This document shows, in pieces, positions 11,302-21,357 of a stretch of 64,000 bases of DNA. The stretch lies in NCBI GenBank assembly GCA_963676795.2, contig CAXXTB010000002.1, positions 1,440,001-1,504,000 on the forward strand, written 5' to 3'. The notes under the pieces were generated by a model that searched no databases, was not told the origin of the DNA, and saw only the letters and a program-made list of their open reading frames with translations. Position 1 is the first letter of the stretch; every line of letters starts with the position of its first letter. This DNA is from Geopsychrobacteraceae bacterium. GTDB taxonomy: Bacteria > Desulfobacterota > Desulfuromonadia > Desulfuromonadales > Geopsychrobacteraceae. The position numbers were made by a program, and so were the translations under genes.

Positions 11302-13056
11302 TTAAGACAGAAGTTGTTTGCGGAACAGGGCATTTTCCATGATCAGGCTGGCCTGGCTTATGAAATAATTGAAAAAGTTGCTGTCAACCTGCTGAGCCTC
11401 ATCGTTTCCGTTGTCTGCATAGATCAGCATAACGGTCTTGTTGTTGCACCTGATAGGTAATAGTAATGAGCTGTCTGTTTTGGGAGAAGTGATTTTCCCG
11501 TAAAGCATGCGTTGGAAGTCCGGGTCGGGAATGCTTCCGCAAAAGGATTCCCCGAGATTGAAGAGCTGGAAAATCCTTGAATCCTCAGCGAGGGGAAATC
11601 TCCATTTTAAGATTTCCGACAGTTGCTTGTCTTTGTTAAGAATTCCGACACTTCGTTCTGCTATGAGTTCGTTTTTATTGACAACGAAGGTTATGGCCCT
11701 GGAAAAATAGCTATTTACAAAACGCATGATCTCTGCAGAAACATCGGCGACTTTCCTGTACTGTTTCAGATGAACCAGGTTTTGCTGCAGGGTTCTGAGG
11801 TCAAAGAGGCCGGTATTCTGGCGCTGGTCGGAGAGATAGGACTGAAAAGTCTCCAGAAATGTAATCATGTCGTCAGCATAGCTCGCATCGGTACTGACCT
11901 GTGGAATCGGCAGTACGATCCTGACGCCGGTTTTGATGGCTTTGAGTTGGAAGTTCAGCTGGGCCGGATAGGCCAGTTGTGCAATGCCGACATTGAGGTA
12001 GTTGTTCTGGATGTTGATGCGGATATTTTCCAGTTTTTCTATCTCTTCTTCATCTGGTGCGTTAAGGATGACCAGTGGTTTCATCTGGCGGATGATCGAC
12101 TGTTCGATCAGCCTGTAGAGGTCGTCCTCAGATTGAGCATTGAAGACGAAGCGGCCTTCGTGCTTGCAGACGGCCATGATCGACTGCTCGATGAGTGGAT
12201 CGTTGGCAAAGAGGATCAATGCCTGGTTTGAGCTGGAGAACAGGGTCTTGGGCTGTGTTGCAGACAGGTTATCAAGAAAATCGGCAAGTTTCTTCTGGTT
12301 CTCATCACTGAGCGATTCCGTTGCCTTGGCACTGATTTCGCGTCTCAGGTTGTCGGCGTCAAACGACTCGAGGCCATTGAAAACCTGTGGAATCTTCCGT
12401 TCGACCTTGTCCAGGTCCGCCAGGCCGAGGATGTCTTCGGATATAATATCGCTGGATTCTTCTGTCTGATGGTTGTTGTTTTCAAAAACGCCGATCCGTG
12501 GATCCTCCTCCAGCGGCTCGTCGGAAAATTCTATTTCACCCGCATGGACCTTTTCATCGAAGATCCGCAGGGCGTCCATCAGAACCATCTGGGTATTCAG
12601 TGAAAGATCCTGAAGTGCCTGGGGCAGATAGCGGTATTCGTCAACAATAGAAACCGCATCGACATCAAAGGTGAAGACCCCCCGTGTCCAGCTGATCATC
12701 TCGACAATGGTCATTTCAATCAGGGTTTCCAGGGCTTTAAATACTAGCTCCTTTGAAACGGGACAGGTCTCTATGATAATGGCCAGAAGCGGTTTGTGCT
12801 CATCGGGATCATTGCTCTGCAGGCCCAGTGCCTTGTTCAGGTCTGCCTGGCTGATGATCTCATTTTCAATCAGGATTGAGCCAATCCTGATTTTCTCCTG
12901 AGAATGCGTCGCGCTGATGATATAGCCGTCATTGAAGACAAGCTTGCCTTCGCCCTTGCGACTGTAGACATTCAACGTACCCGATTTGCGGGTGGAGTGA
13001 ATCAGTTGAATGACGTCGACTATTGGAAGGTGTTCCAACTCGCCGGTGAGAGGCAT
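11302..13056 (-). CDS. DUF4388 (PatA_N-like) domain protein with a probable C-terminal GAF-like domain
   Basis: N-terminus L.GEL..L...DVIQLI...RKSGTL; C-terminal LLLPI....VMLIYAD. Confidence 0.75.
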   Translation of the reverse strand: MPLTGELEHLPIVDVIQLIHSTRKSGTLNVYSRKGEGKLVFNDGYIISATHSQEKIRIGSILIENEIISQADLNKALGLQSNDPDEHKPLLAIIIETCPVSKELVFKALETLIEMTIVEMISWTRGVFTFDVDAVSIVDEYRYLPQALQDLSLNTQMVLMDALRIFDEKVHAGEIEFSDEPLEEDPRIGVFENNNHQTEESSDIISEDILGLADLDKVERKIPQVFNGLESFDADNLRREISAKATESLSDENQKKLADFLDNLSATQPKTLFSSSNQALILFANDPLIEQSIMAVCKHEGRFVFNAQSEDDLYRLIEQSIIRQMKPLVILNAPDEEEIEKLENIRINIQNNYLNVGIAQLAYPAQLNFQLKAIKTGVRIVLPIPQVSTDASYADDMITFLETFQSYLSDQRQNTGLFDLRTLQQNLVHLKQYRKVADVSAEIMRFVNSYFSRAITFVVNKNELIAERSVGILNKDKQLSEILKWRFPLAEDSRIFQLFNLGESFCGSIPDPDFQRMLYGKITSPKTDSSLLLPIRCNNKTVMLIYADNGNDEAQQVDSNFFNYFISQASLIMENALFRKQLLS

Positions 13057-13168
13057 TTTTTGACCTTTCTTTGGAAACAGTTGATAGTTTTAAAATTTAT
13101 CAGAAATTCCTTATGTTCGATAGTATGAATTGATTTTAAAAATTGTCGATTTTATATAATCGGGATTA

Positions 13169-13185
13169 TGTCGAATTTATTTACA
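13169..13185 (+). promoter_or_regulatory. Candidate enhancer (PrsR-type) site TGTCGA-N5-TTTACA
   Basis: Dyad-like tgtcgaatttatttaca about 65 bp upstream of the sigma-54 site. Confidence 0.5.
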
Positions 13186-13247
13186 GTTAAGCCGCAATTA
13201 TTTGTGAAGCTTGTACGAAAATATGTAAAAACAGCTTGTTGCGCCAT

Positions 13248-13263
13248 TGGCATGTTTCGTGCT
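13248..13263 (+). promoter_or_regulatory. Sigma-54 -24/-12 promoter of the PEP-CTERM gene
   Basis: TGGCATGTTTCGTGCT fits GG-N10-GC spacing and lies about 50 bp before the ATG. Confidence 0.75.
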
Positions 13264-13314
13264 CATAGTTGGCTGTGAACTAAAATTACTAAAAACTACA
13301 AGCTGGAGGAAAAA

Positions 13315-13989
13315 ATGATCAAAAAACTATTTTTGACAATTATGTGTCTGGGATTGGTGACAACCACTTCTTTTGCATTGTCGATTGACGGAAACGTCCT
13401 CAACGTTGATGGTTATAGCTACACTGACACTGGAGCCGGAACTTTTTATCTAACCGATAACGATGGTACCAATGACGATGCGACAGCATTTCTTTTGTTG
13501 GAGTTGGCTGGTAACGCCAATAGAAATGCGTTTGGGCTTTTTACATACTCCCATGACGACGTTTTGGATACCTACGCTCTTTTGGAGACGCTGGAAATTT
13601 TTTCTGGTTCTGATAGCTCGGTAACATCTGCAACGTTGAAGTTTGAAAATGACTCAATTACACTTGACGGAGTTTCAATCACCGATACCGGCTACTTTGG
13701 TTTTTATATCACTGGTGTAGATGGGACTTTCTACTCGGTGAGTGCGTTGAACAACGGTGTGGATTATTTCCTTTCTTTTGATACAAGCGACAATGTCGCT
13801 GGTTCGCTGTTGGGTAGTGATGTTGTTTTAGCCATGGAAGATCTGGTCAATGCTGATTTTGACTATAATGACATGGTTGTTGGCGTTTCTGATATCGCAC
13901 CTGCTCCAGTTCCGGAGCCAGCCACTCTGGTGCTCCTGGGTACTGGCCTTGTTGGCCTTGCTTACTTCAAGCGTCGTAGCCGCAGGTAA
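13315..13989 (+). CDS. PEP-CTERM sorting-domain surface protein (DUF4114-like EDL..DFDYND motif)
   Basis: Signal peptide; C-terminal VPEPATLVLLGTGLVGLAYFKRRSRR. Confidence 0.95.
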   Translation: MIKKLFLTIMCLGLVTTTSFALSIDGNVLNVDGYSYTDTGAGTFYLTDNDGTNDDATAFLLLELAGNANRNAFGLFTYSHDDVLDTYALLETLEIFSGSDSSVTSATLKFENDSITLDGVSITDTGYFGFYITGVDGTFYSVSALNNGVDYFLSFDTSDNVAGSLLGSDVVLAMEDLVNADFDYNDMVVGVSDIAPAPVPEPATLVLLGTGLVGLAYFKRRSRR

Positions 13990-14013
13990 GTCTATATAAA
14001 TATAGTAATATTG

Positions 14014-14046
14014 AGGGCCTCTTCGCTGTGAGAGGCCCTTTTTTTT
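14014..14046 (+). terminator. Intrinsic terminator after the PEP-CTERM gene
   Basis: agggcctct...agaggccct followed by a T-run. Confidence 0.85.
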
Positions 14047-14164
14047 ATGAAAGAATTGTAATCTCATTTGCAATTTCTCACTTTGTAGCGGTATACTGCG
14101 AATCTGTTTTGAATTATATTTGTAATATATTTCTGGCCTCATTTCTGGTTTACGGGGGAGTTTT

Positions 14165-16804
14165 ATGAAACAGTTCTTGTTTCTGACGATTATTGTGTTC
14201 TTGATTTCTTCATGTGGTGGACAGTCCGCTGATGAAATGACGGCGCAGGGGCGTAATCTTGTCTCGCAGGGGAATTATCGTGGTGCGATTGTTTTTTATA
14301 AAAACGCTCTCGAAAAGGATCCTAATCACCTGGATGCACGTGTTGCGCTTGCTGATGCTTACCTGGAGAATGGAAACTTTTCCCAGGCGGTCAGTGAGTT
14401 CCAAAAAGTTCTTCTACAGAATCCGTCATATTCTGAAGCCTATCTGAAAATTGCCACGGCATATATCAATCAGAACGATTCACAAAGAGCTCTTTTGCAG
14501 CTTGATGCCTACCTGAAAGTTCATACCGAAACGGTCGAGTCTCTTGTTCTTTATGGTCGTTCCTATGGTGTTGCCGGAGATCTGCAATCCGCCAAGTCAA
14601 TGTTTGCCAAGGCGCTGCAGCTTGATTCTGACGCTATTGAGCCACGTATGTTTCTTGCTCGTGTTGCAGTGCAGGAGCGGGATTATCAAAAGGCAAAGAC
14701 ATATCTTGATGAGATCGTAGCTCTGGATGCACAGAATATCGATGCCAGGTATCTGCTCGCCAATATCCTCTTGCGTGAAGGGAGCCGTGAGGAGGCTCTT
14801 CAGACTTATCAGGATATATACGAAGTGAGTTCACGACAGGTTGTCGCCTATTATATGGCTGCTGTGTTACAGATGGATATGGGGGCTCTGGATGCAGCAT
14901 CAAAGACGATCGGTCAGTTTGCGTCAGTGTACCCTGATCGTGCCGAGGTGTCGCGCTTAACAGGCATATTGAACTATCGGCAGGGCAATTATGACCAGTC
15001 CAAGACGATTCTTGAGGCTTCTTTGGCGAAAGATGCACATCCACTTGGTTATCTGTTTCTTGGCCTGTCCTACTACGGTCTGAATCAATACGAACTTGCC
15101 CTGAATCAGTTCCAGCGTGCTCTTGACATCAATCCAGACTTTGAACGTGCAAGGATACTTGTTGCTACGACGCTCCTCAAGCAGAAGAGGGTTGATGACG
15201 CTATTATCGAGATCCAGAAGGTTCTAAGGACTAATCCACAGAATGCCTATGCTCACAACATTTTGGGCAGCGCCTATCTCGCTTCAGGGGAATATGACAA
15301 GGGGATGGCTGAACTTGATCTCGCAACCGAACTGGATCCCGGCCTCGCTGATGCTCATTTGAAGCAGGGATTGTTCCATTTGTCTCAAGGCGACAGCACC
15401 CGTGGCGAAGCCGATCTGATCAGTGCGGTGCAGGCGGCGCCGGAAGTTTTGAACAGCCGTCTTATGCTGGTCAGTTATTATCTGCAGAAACAGAATTACT
15501 CAGCGGCTATCGATACGCTTAAGTCGGGTTTGACCGGTGAAAAGAGTGACGCTCTGCTCTATAACTACCTTGCGGCTGCCTATTTCTCGCAGAAAAACAA
15601 CAAGCTGGCTGTTTCCGCACTTGAGTCGGCTAAAAAGGTCAATTCCGCGTACTTGACGCCTTATTTTAACCTTGCGTCTTATTATGCGTCTCAATCCAGT
15701 TATCAGCAGGCGTTGGATGAGTATCAGTCTATTCTGGCTCAGGATGAAAAGAACCTCCGTGCCTTGATGTCGATGTCTGGTCTGTATCGGATGATGGGTA
15801 AAGAGGATGAGCTGTCTGCACTCTACACACGGATTGTAGATACTGATACCGAGCAGGGTTATTTTGTTGCTGCTCAATATCTGCTTAGGTCTGGTGATTC
15901 TGGCGAGGCTATCAGGATTATTGAAAAGGGACTGCAGTCTTTCAGCTCTTCGGTTCCTTTGCTCAATCTTCAGGCCGGTATTTATCTGCAGAAAAAGGAT
16001 CTGGTGCAGGCAGAGGCAATTTATACGAAACTTTCCGGAATTGCTCCGGAGCAGGGGTACGGCTCGTTGCTGCGTCTTTATCTGACCAAGGGGGACCGGG
16101 ATAAGGCGTCAGTTCTGATTGATTCTTTATTGCAGGATCATGCTGATTCTGATTTTCCTTACCTGTTTGCTTCATCTCTGAATATGAGTGAGAAGGACTA
16201 TCCTGCTGCGAGGGAGATTCTGAACAGGGGGATGGAAAGAGTTAAATCCTCTGAGCGCTTACAGATGCAACTGGCCAGGATTTACGAAATAACTGGCGAT
16301 GCGCCTGATGCCAGGAAAATTTATCTCGCCCTTAGAAACAAGAATAACCGTTTTGCTCCAGCTTATGTTGCTCTCGGTTATTTGGATGAACAACAGGGCA
16401 ACAAAGCTTCTGCGCGGGATAATTATCGAGCGGCAATCAAATACGATGCGAACAATGTCTCCGCATTGAATAACCTGGCCTACCTGCTTGCGGATAATTT
16501 TGGTGAAGTGGAAGAGTCGCTCGACCTGGCTATGAAAGCCTACCGTATTCAGCCTAATGATCCCAGAATTATGGATACCCTTGGTTATCTGCTCATAAAA
16601 AACAAACGTTCGGCTGATGCTCTAAAGCTTCTCGAAAAAGCTCATGAATTATTGCCTGGCGAACCTGCGGTCAGTCTTCACCTTGCCATGGCTAAAGCGG
16701 ATACTGGTGAGGTTGATGCTGCGAAACTATTGCTGAATGAAATTCGTAATCATTCAGATGCTCAGCTTCGACAACAGGCGCAAGAGATTCTTGAGTCATT
16801 GTAG
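14165..16804 (+). CDS. prsT: PEP-CTERM system TPR-repeat lipoprotein
   Basis: Lipobox ISSC, many TPR repeats, about 880 aa, ALNNLA motif near the C-terminus; locus context. Confidence 0.85.
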   Translation: MKQFLFLTIIVFLISSCGGQSADEMTAQGRNLVSQGNYRGAIVFYKNALEKDPNHLDARVALADAYLENGNFSQAVSEFQKVLLQNPSYSEAYLKIATAYINQNDSQRALLQLDAYLKVHTETVESLVLYGRSYGVAGDLQSAKSMFAKALQLDSDAIEPRMFLARVAVQERDYQKAKTYLDEIVALDAQNIDARYLLANILLREGSREEALQTYQDIYEVSSRQVVAYYMAAVLQMDMGALDAASKTIGQFASVYPDRAEVSRLTGILNYRQGNYDQSKTILEASLAKDAHPLGYLFLGLSYYGLNQYELALNQFQRALDINPDFERARILVATTLLKQKRVDDAIIEIQKVLRTNPQNAYAHNILGSAYLASGEYDKGMAELDLATELDPGLADAHLKQGLFHLSQGDSTRGEADLISAVQAAPEVLNSRLMLVSYYLQKQNYSAAIDTLKSGLTGEKSDALLYNYLAAAYFSQKNNKLAVSALESAKKVNSAYLTPYFNLASYYASQSSYQQALDEYQSILAQDEKNLRALMSMSGLYRMMGKEDELSALYTRIVDTDTEQGYFVAAQYLLRSGDSGEAIRIIEKGLQSFSSSVPLLNLQAGIYLQKKDLVQAEAIYTKLSGIAPEQGYGSLLRLYLTKGDRDKASVLIDSLLQDHADSDFPYLFASSLNMSEKDYPAAREILNRGMERVKSSERLQMQLARIYEITGDAPDARKIYLALRNKNNRFAPAYVALGYLDEQQGNKASARDNYRAAIKYDANNVSALNNLAYLLADNFGEVEESLDLAMKAYRIQPNDPRIMDTLGYLLIKNKRSADALKLLEKAHELLPGEPAVSLHLAMAKADTGEVDAAKLLLNEIRNHSDAQLRQQAQEILESL

Positions 16805-16813
16805 GAAGATTGC

Positions 16814-18175
16814 ATGATAAGGCCTAAATTTCTGATTTTTTGCCTGGATGCCTTGCTGGCAATTGTGTCTTTTGCTTTAGCTCATTTCGTCCGTTTTGGG
16901 TTTGCGAATCATACTGAGATCTTTTTTTCTGGTGGCTATCTGCGCCTTCTGGTCTACCTGCTGGTATTGCTCTTTTTCTGTTATTTTTTTGAGCTTTTCG
17001 ATCTCAAGAGTTTTTACGATCGAAAGATTGTTAAATTCAATACCGTCGTCGTTTTTCTTGCTTCACTGATCTCACTCTCTTTTCTCTTCTATTTTATCCC
17101 TGCCGTGCAGTTCGGGAGAGGGTTGTTGCTGATTTCATTGGTGCTGTTTTTTGCATTTCAATACCTGAGCAGGTTGGTGATGCTCAGGTTCAGCAATAAT
17201 GCGCGTTTTGCCAATCGCATCGTGATTATCGGTGCCGGGCACCTTGCTCAGAAGATGTACTTGGCACTGCCTTCCGATAGCAATGTTCATAGTTTCGTTC
17301 GTTTTATCAGTACGACGGAGAAAGAGTTAATCGTTGATCCTGAGTTGGTTATCGGCAATATCAGTGATCTCAATACATTGATACAGGATTATCGACCGCA
17401 GAAAATTGTCACCGCCCTCGAAGAGCGCAGAGGAAATCTGCCGTTGAAAGAATTCATGCACATCAAACTGCGTGGAGTTGAGGTCATCGATGCCACCGCT
17501 TTTTTTGAGGAGCAAAAGGGTGCACTGCTGGTTGAGAATATGCAACCGAGTGAATTCGTTTACACTCACCGGTTTCGCATGACTCGTTTTATGCGCAGCT
17601 TGAAACGCGTCAATGACATAATATTTTCATCAATAGGTTTGACCCTTTCTTCCCCACTGTTCCCGGTTATTGCTGTTCTGATCAAGCTGGACTCTTCTGG
17701 TCCGGTTTTCTTCAAACAGTTGAGAGTCGGAGAAGGGGAGATTGAGTTCTTTGTCTACAAGTTCAGGACAATGGCCGAGGACGCAGAAAAGCAAACGGGG
17801 GCTGTCTGGGCCCAGAAAAATGATCCCAGGGTTACTCGTATCGGCAAGTTTATGCGCAAAACGCGTATAGATGAGATTCCGCAGCTTTACAATGTGCTCA
17901 AAGGGGATATGAGTTTTATCGGTCCTCGCCCTGAGCGGATGGCCTTTGTTGAACGGTTGAAGGAAACGATACCGTTTTATTCAACACGTCACTTTGTTAA
18001 GCCCGGTGTAACCGGATGGGCGCAGGTGTGTTATCCTTATGGAGCTTCAGATGAAGATGCTCTTGAGAAGCTCAGGTATGATCTGTATTACATAAAAAAT
18101 TATTCCGTTTTACTCGATTTCAAGATTGTTATTGATACGATTCGTGTCGTTGTTTCCGGATTTGGCGGGAGATAG
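16814..18175 (+). CDS. Priming polyprenyl-phosphate sugar transferase (PEP-CTERM/XrtA-associated)
   Basis: N-terminal TM helices; KFRTM, DEIPQL, GPRPER and KPGVTGWAQV motifs. Confidence 0.93.
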   Translation: MIRPKFLIFCLDALLAIVSFALAHFVRFGFANHTEIFFSGGYLRLLVYLLVLLFFCYFFELFDLKSFYDRKIVKFNTVVVFLASLISLSFLFYFIPAVQFGRGLLLISLVLFFAFQYLSRLVMLRFSNNARFANRIVIIGAGHLAQKMYLALPSDSNVHSFVRFISTTEKELIVDPELVIGNISDLNTLIQDYRPQKIVTALEERRGNLPLKEFMHIKLRGVEVIDATAFFEEQKGALLVENMQPSEFVYTHRFRMTRFMRSLKRVNDIIFSSIGLTLSSPLFPVIAVLIKLDSSGPVFFKQLRVGEGEIEFFVYKFRTMAEDAEKQTGAVWAQKNDPRVTRIGKFMRKTRIDEIPQLYNVLKGDMSFIGPRPERMAFVERLKETIPFYSTRHFVKPGVTGWAQVCYPYGASDEDALEKLRYDLYYIKNYSVLLDFKIVIDTIRVVVSGFGGR

Positions 18176-18178
18176 TCT

Positions 18179-18973
18179 ATGGTTTGCAGAATTATTATAC
18201 TGTTACTGGTTTTGCCTTGTTTGCTGATCAATACATTGTGGGCTGCCAATTACAAGATTGGAAAGGGGGATGTTCTTGAAGTTTCCGTCTGGGGAGTGCC
18301 GGAAATGAGTCGATCCGTAACCGTGCGGCCAGATGGCAAGATTACCTTACCCGCTGTAGGGGACATCATGGCAGATCGTCTTGAGCCGGAGGAGTTAAGC
18401 CACGTCATTGCCGCTCAGATGAAAACATATGTCAAGGAGCCGATTGTTACGGTTTCTGTGCAGCAGATTATCAATAACCGTATTTATATCACGGGAGGTG
18501 AGCTCTCTCGTGCTGTTGATATGACCAAGGAAACCTCGCTGCTCAGGCTTCTCAGCGAGTTGGGGGACCTTTCGTCAGTTGATTTGAGAAAGGCTTATCT
18601 GCTGCGTGGAGAAGACAAGATCAAGTCTGATTTTTACAGTCTCTATTATTCCGGGAATGTCAACGAAGATGTAAACTTGCAGTCTGAGGATATTATCTTC
18701 CTGCCGAGTAATCGTAATAACCTTGTCTATGTCCTGGGAGCTGTCGTGAATCCCCAGAACCTCCAGTTTTATGAAGGGATGCGAGTCCTGGATGCCGTTC
18801 TGGCGGCCGGTGGTTTTACTGAATTTGCCAAAGAAGATGTCGTTTATGTGATGGATGAAAACAAGAAGAAAGCCAAAGTCGATCTGAAGAGCCTGATAAA
18901 AGGCAAAGACCTGGATGCCAATGTTTTGCTCCACCCTGGTGATTATGTGATTGTAGAAGAGAGCCTTTTTTAG
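18179..18973 (+). CDS. Polysaccharide export protein (Wza/Poly_export plus SLBB)
   Basis: Y.IG.GDVL.VSVW, VRPDGKITLP and AGGFTEFA motifs. Confidence 0.9.
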   Translation: MVCRIIILLLVLPCLLINTLWAANYKIGKGDVLEVSVWGVPEMSRSVTVRPDGKITLPAVGDIMADRLEPEELSHVIAAQMKTYVKEPIVTVSVQQIINNRIYITGGELSRAVDMTKETSLLRLLSELGDLSSVDLRKAYLLRGEDKIKSDFYSLYYSGNVNEDVNLQSEDIIFLPSNRNNLVYVLGAVVNPQNLQFYEGMRVLDAVLAAGGFTEFAKEDVVYVMDENKKKAKVDLKSLIKGKDLDANVLLHPGDYVIVEESLF

Positions 18974-18985
18974 GGATGAAAGAGA

Positions 18986-20491
18986 ATGGATAACTTCAAG
19001 GAAATATTTCGCTATATCAGGGCTCTTTTTCGTTATCGTGTCCTCTTCGTTATCGTCAGTCTTGTTGTAATGTCGTTAATAGGTGCCTACAGTTTTACTT
19101 TGCCCAAGATATACAGTGCCGATACGACGGTCTTTATTGAACGAAATGTCATAGATAATCTGGTTGAAGGTATTGCCATTTCTCCCAGTATTGACGATAG
19201 AATTCGAGTATTGCGTTATGCTCTTTTAAGTCGAGAGCTTGTGACAAAGGTTCTCGAAAAGATTGGATCAGATGTTTTTACAAAATCAGAGGCAGAGCAG
19301 CAATCATACATATCTAACTTGATAGCCAAGACTAATTTAAGTGTCAGGGGGCAGGAGTTATTCATTGTGTCAATCACTTCTGCTGATCCTAAATTCGCCC
19401 AAGATTATGTCAATACTTTAGTCAGTGAATATGTAGAAGAGAACTTGTCTGCAAAACGTGATGAAACCTATGGTGCTAATCGCTTTTTGTCTGAGCAGAT
19501 TGAAATTTTCAAGGACAAATTGGAAGCCGCTGAAGACAAAATTATCGAATTCCGAAAAAATAACGGAATCTATTTTTCAATTGATGAGGCGACAACTCTT
19601 GCAAATATTCGTCAGTTAGAGACCCAGATAGAAGAGATAACATTATCGCAGGACACCTTCACTGCAAGAAAAAGACAGATTCAGCAACAGTTGAATGAAA
19701 CGCCAAAAACAATCGACATGGTCAGTGAAGGGGCTGAAAATAGCAGACTTCCCGAGATGGAAGTTCGCTTGGCAAATTTGCTGTTGCAATACACTGAAAA
19801 TTACCCCGAAGTTGTCAGACTAAAAGCTGAAATTGAAAGCCTGAAAAAAACATTGAAAACTCAAGGAGACGTCGGGGCTGAGTCCGCTGATCGGACACGT
19901 CTGACCTCACTGAATCCTTTGCATCAGGAGCTTCAATCGCAGATTTTTGAAATCGATGCTGAACTTTCTTCATTGTCAGCGAGAAAATTGAACCTTGAGA
20001 AGACCATAGCGAAACGTGAACAAGAATTACGTGAAGTTCCTGAGGCGCAAAAAGAGCTCAGGATTCTGGTTCAGGAGCGAGATTCAATCCGCAATGTCTA
20101 TAACGAACTACTTGGGCGCATGAGTCAATCTGAAGTTTCCAAACAGATGGAAATCGGCAACAAGGCCGCAACCTTCAGGATCGTCGATCCGGCCGTTTTG
20201 CCCAAAACCCCTGTTTCTCCAAATCTTTTAAAGATGTTTCTGCTTGCCGTGGTCGGCGGCATTGCTTGCGGCGTCGGTGTTGTTTACCTGCTGGAAACAA
20301 TGGATGGTCGTGTCCGGGATGTATCCGATCTTGAAACGGGTGGATTTGAAGTTCTGGCCATCATTCCGCATATTGTTGAACCGGAAAAGATGAAGAAGCA
20401 AAGATTTAAAGATCTGTTGTTGTATTCATGTGGTGGGATCTATTTTGTCTGTTTTGCCGGAGTTTTCGGCTATGTCCTCTTTTTGAACTAG
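18986..20491 (+). CDS. Polysaccharide chain-length determinant (membrane half of a split Wzc)
   Basis: TM-coiled coil-TM layout; YTENYPEV and FRIVDPAVLP..PVSPN motifs. Confidence 0.88.
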   Translation: MDNFKEIFRYIRALFRYRVLFVIVSLVVMSLIGAYSFTLPKIYSADTTVFIERNVIDNLVEGIAISPSIDDRIRVLRYALLSRELVTKVLEKIGSDVFTKSEAEQQSYISNLIAKTNLSVRGQELFIVSITSADPKFAQDYVNTLVSEYVEENLSAKRDETYGANRFLSEQIEIFKDKLEAAEDKIIEFRKNNGIYFSIDEATTLANIRQLETQIEEITLSQDTFTARKRQIQQQLNETPKTIDMVSEGAENSRLPEMEVRLANLLLQYTENYPEVVRLKAEIESLKKTLKTQGDVGAESADRTRLTSLNPLHQELQSQIFEIDAELSSLSARKLNLEKTIAKREQELREVPEAQKELRILVQERDSIRNVYNELLGRMSQSEVSKQMEIGNKAATFRIVDPAVLPKTPVSPNLLKMFLLAVVGGIACGVGVVYLLETMDGRVRDVSDLETGGFEVLAIIPHIVEPEKMKKQRFKDLLLYSCGGIYFVCFAGVFGYVLFLN

Positions 20492-20501
20492 GTATCGTTC
20501 T

Positions 20502-21338
20502 ATGAGTCGTATCGAAAAAGCCCTGAGAAAAGCTGCTGAGCAAAAAACAGAAACCAAAATGACGCCAGAGGTTCCTTCTGCTGATTTTCTCCCAGAATGG
20601 AATCGTTCTCAGTCTACGTCCGACGCTGAACCCCGGTCTTCGGCTTTGCTTGAAGTTGATCCGATACGGGTTGAGAATGTTCTTCTTGCTACGGCTAGTG
20701 ATGATAAATCTCTTATTGTGGAAGAGTATAATAAGCTGAGGTCGACCGTTATTTCTTTAACCCGTGGGAATGAGTTTCTCAACACATTGCTGATTACAAG
20801 CACAGCCAGCGAAGAAGGCAAGTCATTGACTGCCCTGAATCTGGCTATATCAATGGCCAAGGAGCAGGATCATACGGTTCTGCTGGTTGATGCCGATCTG
20901 CGCAGGCCTTCAATTCATCGCTACCTGGGCGTTGACCCCGAGTATGGACTGATTGATTGTTTACGTGACAACTATCCCATAGAGAAGGTACTGATCAAGA
21001 CAGGAATCGGAAAATTGGTGGTTTTGCCGGCCGGGAAGCCATCACGCGATCCTGTTGATTTGCTCTCATCCAACCGTATGAAGAAAATAGTCAACGAGTT
21101 GAAAGAGCGTTATCCCGAGCGTTACGTCATTTTTGATACGCCTCCGGCACATCCATTTGCTGATGCCGGTATCCTTGCTTCAATCGTCGATTCTGTTCTT
21201 TTTGTCGTCAGGGAAGGCAAAGCGAACAAGGCTGATCTGTTAAAGGTTCTGGAAGACATGCAGGCGCACAATTTACTCGGGGTAGTCTACAATGACGCCT
21301 ACCAGTTTATGAAGAAACAGGACTACTACTATTATTGA
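20502..21338 (+). CDS. Tyrosine autokinase (kinase half of a split Wzc)
   Basis: EGKS, LLVDADLRRP, IFDTPP and C-terminal DYYYY. Confidence 0.92.
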   Translation: MSRIEKALRKAAEQKTETKMTPEVPSADFLPEWNRSQSTSDAEPRSSALLEVDPIRVENVLLATASDDKSLIVEEYNKLRSTVISLTRGNEFLNTLLITSTASEEGKSLTALNLAISMAKEQDHTVLLVDADLRRPSIHRYLGVDPEYGLIDCLRDNYPIEKVLIKTGIGKLVVLPAGKPSRDPVDLLSSNRMKKIVNELKERYPERYVIFDTPPAHPFADAGILASIVDSVLFVVREGKANKADLLKVLEDMQAHNLLGVVYNDAYQFMKKQDYYYY

Positions 21339-21357
21339 CAGGGAGGTTTCAGCGCTT

